From an uncultured Candidatus Binatia bacterium (GTDB lineage: Bacteria > Desulfobacterota > Binatia > UBA9968 > JAJDTQ01), in the NCBI GenBank assembly GCA_965242525.1, contig OZ251459.1:1088001-1152000 (forward strand): a DNA stretch of 64,000 nt, given 5' to 3'. Positions within the stretch are counted from its first letter, which is position 1. Every line of letters begins with the position of its first letter. Positions 27,088 to 35,913 of this stretch are shown in pieces. Under the pieces are notes generated by a model, which worked only from the letters and a program-made list of their open reading frames with translations, searched no databases and was not told the DNA's origin. The translations under genes were made by a program, and so were the position numbers.

Positions 27088-27434
27088 GGCGTTTCAGGCT
27101 TTCGTGTGGGTAAGTCAGGAAGGAAAGGGGAGGGAAAGGGACCACCTGTGATTGCTCCGCAGACGCCTGCCTCGTCATTCCCGCGAAAGCGGGAATCCAT
27201 CCAGTTTCGTCGCTCTCGTTGTACAAACCTCTCCGGCTCGGATTACGATGGATTCCCGCTTTCGCGGGAATGACGGGGGTGAGGCTTTCGCGGGAACGAC
27301 GGGGTGGGCGTCCGGGAGCCCGCCCTTGGTTTACTTCCTGTCGTGGCAGGCTCCGCAGAAGCGGAGCAATGACAGCCGGACCCCTGCCGCACCCCTTCCT
27401 CTCCTGCCTTGCCCATTCGAAAGCCGGAAGCGCC
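27088..27434. mobile_element. MITE (family B) with an internal REP pair
   Basis: GGCGTTTCAGGCTTTCGTGTGGGTAAG…CTTGCCCATTCGAAAGCCGGAAGCGCC; internal GTCATTCCCGCGAAAGCGGGAATCCA…TGGATTCCCGCTTTCGCGGGAATGAC. Confidence 0.75.
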
Positions 27435-27540
27435 GATTTTGCCAAGCTGGATTTTCCACCTCGATCCGACTATGATCCGCGGACGGATTTTGCCGTGGTG
27501 GAACCGTCCTTGCCGCGGCAGGTTCCTTCGGGAGGAGTAC

Positions 27541-28143
27541 ATGGCCGAATACGTGGTCGAGCCCGTGTCCCACGCCGAGCCGGCGACGAGCCGGAAGACC
27601 TACATCAGCGCCCAGTCGCTGCTGGAGGACTCCTTCCGGCTCGGCATGCAGATCCTGGAGAGCGGCTTCCGCCCGAGCTTCATCGTCGGCATATGGCGGG
27701 GGGGCACCCCGGTGGGCATCGCGGTGCAGGAACTGCTGGCCTACTTCGGCGTCGAGACCGACCACATCGCCATCCGTACCTCCTTCTACAAGGGCATCGG
27801 ACAGACCGGCTCGCGCATCCGCATCCACGGCATGCAGTACATCATCGACAACGTCAACGCCGACCAGGGACTGCTGATCGTCGATGACGTGTTCGACACC
27901 GGCCTCAGCATCGACGCGGTGCTGTCGCACCTGAAGCGCATGGCCCGCCGCAACACCCCCGCGGACGCCCGCATCGCCACCGTTTACTACAAGCCCGACA
28001 ACAACCGCACCGATCGGGAACCCGACTACTACGTGCACGAGACCGGCAACTGGCTGGTCTTCCCGCACGAGCTGCACGGGTTGACGCGGGAAGAGATCCT
28101 CGAGCACAAGCTGGGGGTCCTGCCGTTCGCGGCGTCCCTGTAA
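27541..28143 (+). CDS. Purine phosphoribosyltransferase (hypoxanthine/xanthine PRT-like)
   Basis: GIWRGG, LIVDDVFDTG, WLVFPHE; upstream of a purine ABC transporter. Confidence 0.88.
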   Translation: MAEYVVEPVSHAEPATSRKTYISAQSLLEDSFRLGMQILESGFRPSFIVGIWRGGTPVGIAVQELLAYFGVETDHIAIRTSFYKGIGQTGSRIRIHGMQYIIDNVNADQGLLIVDDVFDTGLSIDAVLSHLKRMARRNTPADARIATVYYKPDNNRTDREPDYYVHETGNWLVFPHELHGLTREEILEHKLGVLPFAASL

Positions 28144-28242
28144 CCCTCCGCCCGGGCCGTTGCATCCGGGAACCGCGCATACTATATGTAGTGCCTTCCC
28201 GTCCCTGGCGGCCTTCATGTTGCGCTTTCCCGAAAACGGTCC

Positions 28243-28353
28243 GGCTCTTCCGGCTTGCGTGTGGGCAGGGTCCCACGGCATGGCGTTCCCTCCTCCCTTG
28301 AGAGGGAGGGGATCGGAGTTTTCGGTAGTACCCACACGAAACCCTGAAGAGCC
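28243..28353. mobile_element. Short MITE (family B)
   Basis: GGCTCTTCCGGCTTGCGTGTGGGCA … TACCCACACGAAACCCTGAAGAGCC. Confidence 0.7.
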
Positions 28354-28443
28354 AACGCTCTCCGCGCCTTTCGCCGCGGTTCCCCTGCCCGGAGGAAGTC
28401 CCCGGAAGGGCGGACGGAGCCCCCGGACCCCGGAGGCCCCGGC

Positions 28444-30006
28444 GTGAGCGCGACCCGCGGCGCCGACGGCGGCTACCTGCTCGAAGCGGTGGAGATCACC
28501 AAGCGTTTCGGCGACTTCACGGCCAACGACCGGGTGACCCTGAGGCTCCGGCCCGGGGAGATCCACGCCCTGCTGGGCGAGAACGGGGCCGGCAAATCGA
28601 CTCTGGTCAAGGTCATCTACGGCTCGTTGCAGCCCACCGCGGGACGGCTTCGCTGGCGCGGCGAGACCGTCTCCGTGCCGGACCCGGGGGCCGCCCGGCG
28701 GCTCGGCATCGGCATGGTCTTCCAGCACTTCTCGCTGTTCGACGCCCTCACCGTGGTGGAGAACGTCGCCCTGGCCGCGCCCGGCCGGTTCGACCCGGAC
28801 GCGCTGGCCCGACGGGTCTCGGAAGTGTCCGCGGAGTACGGGCTGCCGCTGGACCCGGCCGCGCTGGTGGCGGACCTGCCCGTGGGGGTGCGCCAGCGCA
28901 TCGAGGTGGTGCGCTGCCTGCTCCAGGAGCCGCGGCTCCTCATCATGGACGAGCCCACCGCGGTGCTCACGCCCCAGGAAGCGCGTCGGCTCTTCGTGAC
29001 GCTGCGGCGGCTGGCCGGCGAAGGCTGCGCCGTCCTCTACATCTCGCATCGACTCGAAGAGGTGCGGGAGCTCTGCCACCGCGCCACCATACTGCGCCAA
29101 GGCAGGGCGGCGGCGAACGTGGACCCCCGGACCGAGACCGCGGCGTCCCTCGCCCGCCTCATGATGGGCGCCGACGCGCACTCGGTGAAGGCCGAAGCGG
29201 GTGGGCCGTCCGGCCCGCCGGGCCTCGTGGTGACCGACCTTTCCCTTCCGGCCGAGGGACCCTTCGGCGTCTCCTTGCGCCGGGTCTCCCTCCGGGTCCG
29301 GAGCGGCGAGGTGACCGCGGTGGCGGGGGTGGAGGGCAACGGCCAGAGCGAGTTGTTCGAGGCCCTGTCGGGGGAACGGCTGGCGCCCGCGCCCGAGGCC
29401 GTCGCCATCGCCGGCCGGCCTTGCGGCCGCCGGGGCATCACCGGGCGGCGGCGTCTCGGCGCCGCCTTCGTGCCGGAGGAGCGGTTCGGGCACAGCGCGG
29501 TTCCCGGCTTCCGGTTGTGGGAGAACCTGCTCCTCACCCGCCACGCCACCGGCGAGTCCCTGGTCCGGGCCGGGTTCATCGCCGGAGGACGCGCCCGGGC
29601 CTTGACCGACAGGGTGGTCCGGCGCTTCGACGTGCGCGCCAGCCGCAAGGACCCCTACGCGCAGACCCTCTCCGGCGGCAACCTCCAGAAGTTCGTGCTG
29701 GGCCGGGAGCTCGACCGGGAGCCGCGGGTGCTGGTGGTCCACCAGCCCACCTGGGGAGTGGACGCGGGAGCCGCGGCGCTCGTTCGCCAGGCCCTGGTGG
29801 ACCGGGCCCGGGCCGGAGCCGCGGTGCTCGTCATGAGCCAGGACCTGGACGAGGTCTTCGAGATCGCGGACCGCATCGCGGTCATCTCCCGGGGGACCCT
29901 GTCCCATGCGTACCGGGCCGACGCCATGGACCGGGAGCGCATCGGCCTGCTCATGGCCGGCGCCCATGAGGCCGGCCCAACCCCGGACGAGGACCTGCGC
30001 GCGTGA
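28444..30006 (+). CDS. ABC transporter ATP-binding protein (CUT2/nucleoside type)
   Basis: GENGAGKST, MDEPT, LSGGNLQK, QPTWGVD. Confidence 0.93.
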   Translation: MSATRGADGGYLLEAVEITKRFGDFTANDRVTLRLRPGEIHALLGENGAGKSTLVKVIYGSLQPTAGRLRWRGETVSVPDPGAARRLGIGMVFQHFSLFDALTVVENVALAAPGRFDPDALARRVSEVSAEYGLPLDPAALVADLPVGVRQRIEVVRCLLQEPRLLIMDEPTAVLTPQEARRLFVTLRRLAGEGCAVLYISHRLEEVRELCHRATILRQGRAAANVDPRTETAASLARLMMGADAHSVKAEAGGPSGPPGLVVTDLSLPAEGPFGVSLRRVSLRVRSGEVTAVAGVEGNGQSELFEALSGERLAPAPEAVAIAGRPCGRRGITGRRRLGAAFVPEERFGHSAVPGFRLWENLLLTRHATGESLVRAGFIAGGRARALTDRVVRRFDVRASRKDPYAQTLSGGNLQKFVLGRELDREPRVLVVHQPTWGVDAGAAALVRQALVDRARAGAAVLVMSQDLDEVFEIADRIAVISRGTLSHAYRADAMDRERIGLLMAGAHEAGPTPDEDLRA

Positions 30007-31133
30007 GGCTGGTGCTGGAAAAACGCCCGGAGCGCAGCCGGGCCATGCAGGCGGCCTCTCCGCTCCTGGCCATGGCCCTCACCGTCTCCTTCGGCAGCCT
30101 GCTCTTCGCGGCCCGGGGCTTCGACCCCGCCCACGCCCTCCACGTCTATTTCGTCGGACCGTTGACCACCCTGTGGTCGGTGGAGGAGCTCATCGTGAAG
30201 GCCGCGCCGCTGGTGCTGGTGGGCGCGGGCCTCGCGGTCTGCTTCCGCGCGGACCTGTGGAACATCGGCGCCGAGGGCCAGCTCATCGCCGGGGCCTTGG
30301 CGGGGGCGTCCATCCCCATCCTGGCCCCCGGTTGGGATTCGGCGCTGGCGGTCCCCCTGATGCTGCTGCTGGGGGTGCTGGGGGGCATGGCTTGGGCCGC
30401 GGCGCCGGCCCTGCTCAAGAACCGTTTCGGCGTCAACGAGATCCTCACCAGCCTGATGCTGGTCTATGTGGCCCAGTACCTGCTGGACTGGCTCGTGCGC
30501 GGCCCCTGGCGCGACCCACAGGGGTTCAACTTCCCCAAGTCCATCAGCTTCCACGACTGGCACCTCCTGCCCACGTTCGGCGACGGGCGCGTGCACCTGG
30601 GCGCGGTGTTCGCGGTGCTGGCGGCCGCGCTGCTGGCGCTGTTCATGGCGCGCACCCTCAAGGGGTTCGAGATCCGGGTGAGGGGAGAGGCGCCCCGGGC
30701 CGGCAGCTTCGGGGGCTTCTCGCCCCCGGGCGCCGTGTGGCTCTGTTTCGGGATCTCCGGCGCCCTTGCCGGTCTCGCCGGCATCTGCGAGGTGGCGGGA
30801 CCCATCGGGCAACTCCAGCCGTCGATCTCGCCGGGGTACGGCTTCACCGCCATCATCGTGGCCTTCCTCGGACGGCTGAACCCCCTGGGAGCGCTGTTGG
30901 GCGGATTGGTCCTGGGGGTCTGCTACCTGGGCGGCGAGGCCGCGCAGGTGGAGCTCTCCATCTCCGGGAAGACGGTGCAGGTGTTCCTGGGCATGCTGCT
31001 CCTGTTCATCCTGGCCTGCGACACCCTGATCCTCTACCGGGTGCGGCTGGAGCGGGCGCTGCGGCAACGGGCCGCCCCATGGCCCCGGGGAACGATTGCC
31101 CGGACCGGGGACGCCGGGGGGAGCGCGGAATGA
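30003..31133 (+). CDS. ABC transporter permease
   Basis: WNIGAEGQ, NEILTSLML, GYGFTAIIVAFLGRLNP. Confidence 0.93.
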   Translation: MRLVLEKRPERSRAMQAASPLLAMALTVSFGSLLFAARGFDPAHALHVYFVGPLTTLWSVEELIVKAAPLVLVGAGLAVCFRADLWNIGAEGQLIAGALAGASIPILAPGWDSALAVPLMLLLGVLGGMAWAAAPALLKNRFGVNEILTSLMLVYVAQYLLDWLVRGPWRDPQGFNFPKSISFHDWHLLPTFGDGRVHLGAVFAVLAAALLALFMARTLKGFEIRVRGEAPRAGSFGGFSPPGAVWLCFGISGALAGLAGICEVAGPIGQLQPSISPGYGFTAIIVAFLGRLNPLGALLGGLVLGVCYLGGEAAQVELSISGKTVQVFLGMLLLFILACDTLILYRVRLERALRQRAAPWPRGTIARTGDAGGSAE

Positions 31134-32050
31134 GCGGGCTGGAGGCGGTGCTGCTGACCATCGTCACCGCGGCGACGCCGTTGCTGCTGGCCGCGGTGGG
31201 GGAGCTGGTGGTGGAGCGCTCCGGCGTGCTCAACCTCGGGGTCGAGGGCATGATGATCATGGGCGCGGTCACCGGTTTCGCGGCCGGGTACGCCACCGGA
31301 TCGGCCGCGGCGGGCGCGGCCGCGGCCGTCTGCACGGGCGTCGCCATGTCGCTTCCCTTCGCCTTCCTGACCCAGACCCTTGCGGCCAACCAGGTGGCCA
31401 CGGGCCTGGCCCTCACCCTGTTCGGGATCGGGCTGTCGGGACTCGTGGGCGAGCCGTTCACCGGCCTCCCGGGCGTGAAGCTGGCGCCGGTCCGCGTCCC
31501 GGTCATGGGAGACCTGCCGCTGGCGGGGCCGGTGCTGTTCGGCCAGGACCTGCTGGTCTATGCCTCCGCGGCCCTCACCGCGGCCGCGGCCTGGACCCTC
31601 GCGCGCACCCGCATGGGCCTCGTGATCCGGGCCGTGGGCAACAACCACCACTCGGCCAACGCCCTGGGCTACGACGTGCGCGCGGTGCGTTACGGCTGCA
31701 TCGCCTTCGGCGGCGGGTGCGCGGGGCTCGCGGGCGGGTACCTGTCCCTCGCCTACACGCCCCAGTGGATCGAGAACATGACCGCGGGACGCGGCTGGAT
31801 CGCCCTGGCCCTGGTGGTGTTCGCCACCTGGAGGCCGGGCCGGGTCATGGCCGGCGCCTACCTGTTCGGCGCCGTGTGGATCATGGGCCTCTACGCCCAG
31901 GGCGTCGGCGTCGGCGTCCCGCCCCAGTTGCTGGCGGCCCTGCCTTACCTGGCCACCATTGCCGCGTTGCTGGCCATTTCCGGCAACCGCGTCTTGATGA
32001 TAGTGAATACCCCTGCTTGCATCGGTCAAACGTTCGTGCCGGACCGCTGA
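31130..32050 (+). CDS. ABC transporter permease
   Basis: ERSGVLNLGVEGMM, TAGRGWIALALVVFATW. Confidence 0.93.
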   Translation: MSGLEAVLLTIVTAATPLLLAAVGELVVERSGVLNLGVEGMMIMGAVTGFAAGYATGSAAAGAAAAVCTGVAMSLPFAFLTQTLAANQVATGLALTLFGIGLSGLVGEPFTGLPGVKLAPVRVPVMGDLPLAGPVLFGQDLLVYASAALTAAAAWTLARTRMGLVIRAVGNNHHSANALGYDVRAVRYGCIAFGGGCAGLAGGYLSLAYTPQWIENMTAGRGWIALALVVFATWRPGRVMAGAYLFGAVWIMGLYAQGVGVGVPPQLLAALPYLATIAALLAISGNRVLMIVNTPACIGQTFVPDR

Positions 32051-32084
32051 ACCCGCGGCACACGCCACCCCCAGGAGGAAGAAC

Positions 32085-33149
32085 ATGCGCAAGTCGATAC
32101 TGTTGGCCACCGCCCTCGCCCTGTCCCTCGCCGCCGCCACGGTGGGCGCGGAGACCCTGAACGTCGGCTTCATCTACGTGGGCCCCATCGGCGACCACGG
32201 CTGGACCTTCCAGCACGACCGGGGCCGGCTCGGCATCGAGAAGGCCCTGGGCGACCGGGTCGAGACCGTTTACGTGGAGAACGTCGCCGAGGGCGCGGAC
32301 AGCGAGCGCGCCATCACGCGCCTGGCCCGACAGGGCGCCGGCCTCATATTCACCACCTCGTTCGGGTACATGGACCCCACCATCAAGGTGGCCAAGCGCT
32401 TTCCCGAGGTCCGTTTCGAGCACGCCACCGGCTACAAGCGGGCCGAGAACGTGGCCACCTATTCCGCGCGTTTCTACGAGGGACGCTACGTCATCGGCCA
32501 GATCGCCGCGAAGATGTCCAGGAGCGGGGTGGCGGGCTACGTGGCCTCGTTCCCGGTGCCGGAGGTGGTGCGGGGAATCAACTCCTTCATGCTCGGCGCC
32601 CAGTCGGTGAACCCCGACTTCAAGGTGAGGATCGTGTGGGTGAGCTCCTGGTTCGACCCCGGCAAGGAAGCCGACGCCACCAAGGTGCTCATGGGGCAGG
32701 GGGCGGACGTCATCTCCCAGCACACCGACTCCACCGCGCCGCTCCAGACCGCAGGGCAGAAGGGCGCCCTGGCCTTCGGACAGGCGTCGGACATGCTGAC
32801 GTTCGGGCCCAGGACCCAGCTCACCGCCATCATCAACAACTGGAGGCCCTACTACCTCCAGCGCGCCAGGGCGGCCCTCGACGGGTCCTGGAAGTCCACG
32901 GACACCTGGGGAGGGTTGTCCAGCGGCATGATCCGCATGGCCTCTTACACCAACATGCCCGCGGAGGTCGCGGCCATGGCCAAGGCCACGCAGGAGCGGA
33001 TCCGTTCCGGCAAGCTGCATCCCTTCACCGGCCCCATCCACAGGCAGGACGGCTCCCTGGCCGTGGCCCCGGGCGAGCGCCTGGACGACGGCGTCCTGCT
33101 GGGCATGAACTGGTACGTGCGCGGCATCGACGACAAGCTGCCGCAGTGA
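32085..33149 (+). CDS. BMP family ABC substrate-binding protein (purine nucleoside)
   Basis: GFIYVGPIGDHGW, FTTSFGY, WFDPGKE, QHTDS. Confidence 0.93.
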   Translation: MRKSILLATALALSLAAATVGAETLNVGFIYVGPIGDHGWTFQHDRGRLGIEKALGDRVETVYVENVAEGADSERAITRLARQGAGLIFTTSFGYMDPTIKVAKRFPEVRFEHATGYKRAENVATYSARFYEGRYVIGQIAAKMSRSGVAGYVASFPVPEVVRGINSFMLGAQSVNPDFKVRIVWVSSWFDPGKEADATKVLMGQGADVISQHTDSTAPLQTAGQKGALAFGQASDMLTFGPRTQLTAIINNWRPYYLQRARAALDGSWKSTDTWGGLSSGMIRMASYTNMPAEVAAMAKATQERIRSGKLHPFTGPIHRQDGSLAVAPGERLDDGVLLGMNWYVRGIDDKLPQ

Positions 33150-33161
33150 CCCCGGCGGGGC

Positions 33162-34976
33162 CTACCGCAGGTCCCGCCGCTCGGAGGTCAGGTCCCCGAA
33201 GGGGTCGGGTTTCCCGAGCCGCTCGCGGGCGTCCCGGTCCCCCTTGAGGCGCCAGTCGAACCACGCCCGCGCGTACCAGTCGCGGATGAGGTGGGGCAGA
33301 TAGACCTCGCCGGCGCCGCCCACCACCGCCCAGCCCAACTGGGTGTAGCGCTCCCCCGGGGCTCCCGGCGGGCCGAAGGCGGCCTTGCCGGTGGGCTTGC
33401 GGTTGCGTTCCGGGGTCTGGCCGAAGGCCAGCTCGCCGCGGCGGAACTTGGGCCACGGGAAGAGCCGCGCGAAGTCCTCGGCCATGGTGAAGTGGTCGGT
33501 ATCGCGGACGATCACCAGCATCCGGTCGGAGACCGCGCGCCGGTACGCGCTCAGGGCCACCGGTTGCGGGTTCTCCATGCGGTCCGGCGCGGCGCGCTCG
33601 GGGGCGAGGGGGAAGGCCTGGGCCGGGTCGCCGCCGGCCGCGGCCACCGCGGACTGGAACAGGCCGACGAACACCCGCTGGACGAAGTCGTCCTCGTCGC
33701 CGATCATGACGAGCAGGGGCTTGCGGCTGGCCACCGGCAGGCCGTCCCGGGCTTCGCCCGCGCCGAACACCTCCTCCGGCGTCCAGGTGAAGGGCGGGGC
33801 GTTGTTGAGGCCCAGGGCGGCGCTCACCCCGGGCAGGTGGTTGGCGGCCATCTGCGCGGTCATGGAGCCCAGCGAGTGGCCAGCGACGCCCACGCGCCCA
33901 CCGTCGATGCGCCCTTCCAGCAGGCCGCACAGGTCCCGCGCCGCGCTGGTGGCGCCCATGCCGGCCAGGGAGGTCCGACAGGCCTCCTCCTCCGCGCCCA
34001 GCAGCCGCACCGTGTGCAGCAACAGCCCCACGTCGGACACCCGCTGGCGGAACAGGTTGCGCATCATGGTGGTGGCGCGCTCCACGCCACCGGGCGGGAC
34101 CGTCGCCTTGGCGGGGTCGAAACCCTCCGGCGGCGCGAAGCCCCGGCCCTCCTGCCCGAACAGCAGGCGGTAGAAATAGGGGACCACCTTGATCCCGCCC
34201 AGGAGCAGCTCGTAGGCCTGCCGCAACTCCTCGGCCGACGCCTGTTTGGCGAAGGGGGAGTCCGGGTCGTGGAACACCAGCGGCAGGCCGCCGTCGGAGA
34301 CGAAGGTGAGGGAGGCCACTACGTAGCCGTGGGAGGCCAGGAACTCGCCCAGAGTGCTCCACATGCCGTGGTTGCCGGCAAGTCCGTGGGCCAGGAGGAC
34401 CAGCGGGAACTTCCCCTCCGCGGGCCGGGCGTCCCGCCACCCGCCCCGTGGCAGGTCGAGGATCCGGCCGCGGATGTCGGCCAGGGCCGCTTGCCGGGCG
34501 GCTCCGTCCGCCTCGGCGAGGCTGCCGCCGCCCCTCAGGCGGATGAACTGCGGCATCACCACCTGGGCCGCGGCGCCGATGCGCTGCGCCAGAGGGCCGT
34601 CTTCCCGGAAGAAGAAGTCCCGGTAGTCGGCGCGCCGCCCGCTGTTGGCCGGGAACGTGGAGCGCGGTCCGGCGAGGCGCCCCCGGGCCGGGTCTGGCGT
34701 GGCCGGATACCACAGGTGGAACACCACCGTGCGGGTCTGGCCTGCGGCCTCCACCCGGCGCAGCAGGTCCCGGTACTCGGGGCCGGCGTAAGCGCCGTTC
34801 CAGGGGTCGAAGCGTTGGCGGTTGTCCACCGCGAAGCCGGTGGCCACGCCTACGGCGTAGTCGCCATAGACGGCGCTTGCCGGCAACTTCTCCAACCCGG
34901 CCGCGCCCGACTCTCCGGCCGCCGCCCACACGAGGGCCGCGGCGAACGCGGCCAGAGTCCTTCCTCTCTTGCGCAT
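33162..34976 (-). CDS. Secreted alpha/beta hydrolase (PAF-acetylhydrolase-like)
   Basis: Signal peptide; FPLVLLAHG, LASHGYVVA and GHSLG nucleophile elbow. Confidence 0.8.
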   Translation of the reverse strand: MRKRGRTLAAFAAALVWAAAGESGAAGLEKLPASAVYGDYAVGVATGFAVDNRQRFDPWNGAYAGPEYRDLLRRVEAAGQTRTVVFHLWYPATPDPARGRLAGPRSTFPANSGRRADYRDFFFREDGPLAQRIGAAAQVVMPQFIRLRGGGSLAEADGAARQAALADIRGRILDLPRGGWRDARPAEGKFPLVLLAHGLAGNHGMWSTLGEFLASHGYVVASLTFVSDGGLPLVFHDPDSPFAKQASAEELRQAYELLLGGIKVVPYFYRLLFGQEGRGFAPPEGFDPAKATVPPGGVERATTMMRNLFRQRVSDVGLLLHTVRLLGAEEEACRTSLAGMGATSAARDLCGLLEGRIDGGRVGVAGHSLGSMTAQMAANHLPGVSAALGLNNAPPFTWTPEEVFGAGEARDGLPVASRKPLLVMIGDEDDFVQRVFVGLFQSAVAAAGGDPAQAFPLAPERAAPDRMENPQPVALSAYRRAVSDRMLVIVRDTDHFTMAEDFARLFPWPKFRRGELAFGQTPERNRKPTGKAAFGPPGAPGERYTQLGWAVVGGAGEVYLPHLIRDWYARAWFDWRLKGDRDARERLGKPDPFGDLTSERRDLR

Positions 34977-35125
34977 GGTGCATGCCCCCCTAGAATGGTT
35001 TGACCGCCCTGCGGTTTCCTCCCTTATGAAGGGAGTCCGGGTCCGAGTCAAACCCCCGGGACTCGTGCGGGACATGGAGGATGGATTCCCTCACCCCGGA
35101 CTCCTGTTTCCGTTCATCCTCATCT

Positions 35126-35202
35126 CCGTTCGTCCTGAGCGTAGCGAAGCGGAGTCGAAGGACACGCCCATGCTTCCCTTGTCCCGATTCTTCAGGGTTT
35201 CC
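35126..35202 (+). repeat. REP hairpin and MITE-like end; an inverted copy lies at 35726-35803
   Basis: CCGTTCGTCCTGAGCGTAGCGAAGCGGAGTCGAAGGAC…GATTCTTCAGGGTTTCC versus GGAAACCCCTGGAGAATC…GTCCTTCGACTCCGCTTCGCTACGCTCAGGACGAACGG. Confidence 0.75.
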
Positions 35203-35259
35203 GTAGAGGGGACACGATAGGGAGGGGAGGAACGACGGTGGAGTTCGGAGGATGGAGGT

Positions 35260-35334
35260 TGGCGCGCCCGCCAGGAATCGAACCTGGACTTAGGGTTCCG
35301 GAGACCCTCGTGATGTCCTTTTCACTACGGGCGC
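35260..35334 (-). tRNA. tRNA-Arg (anticodon CCG)
   Basis: GCGCCCG acceptor stem, AGGGT-CTCCGGA-ACCCT anticodon arm, GGTTCGATTCC T-arm, encoded CCA. Confidence 0.96.
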
Positions 35335-35394
35335 CCGTGTTATTCTTACCAGACCGGGGACCCCTTGCTCAAGCGGCGCCGTGCCCCGGGCGCG

Positions 35395-35610
35395 CTATGA
35401 TTCGGGAAACAGCCTTTTCCCCGCATCGTCCTCCACCGTGATGGCCTTGGTGGGACAGATCCGGGCAGCCAGCACGACCTTCTCCCGGGTGTCGCCGTCG
35501 GGGTCCGCGACCTCCGCGATGAACCGCTCGTTCATCCTGAAGACCGCGGGCGCGGCCTGTACGCACTTTTCGTGGCCGTCGCACTTGGCGGCATCGACCT
35601 GGACCTTCAT
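35395..35610 (-). CDS. Ferredoxin (single cluster)
   Basis: CDGHEKC…APAVF…CPTKAI. Confidence 0.88.
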   Translation of the reverse strand: MKVQVDAAKCDGHEKCVQAAPAVFRMNERFIAEVADPDGDTREKVVLAARICPTKAITVEDDAGKRLFPES

Positions 35611-35913
35611 GTTCCCTCCCGAATGCAGACGTAGATACCCGTTCTATACCCCACCGGACCGCGTCGTTCCAGCCCACGGCCGGCAACCGGGTCCCCCGGA
35701 AACCCGTTGCTTTGGTGTTCCTTCGGGAAACCCCTGGAGAATCGGGACGAGGGGAGCATGAGCCCGTCCTTCGACTCCGCTTCGCTACGCTCAGGACGAA
35801 CGGGGATGGGGACGAACGGGGACAGGAGGTCGGGGTGGGGATTCCATCCTCCCTGTCCGCCCGTTGCTTCGGTATTGCGGCGCCGGAAACGCATGGGATA
35901 TAGTGGACTCCCC

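Noticed and set aside
35260-35334. tRNA-Arg as an island integration site
   Set aside because: I saw no duplicated tRNA 3' end and no integrase in the window.
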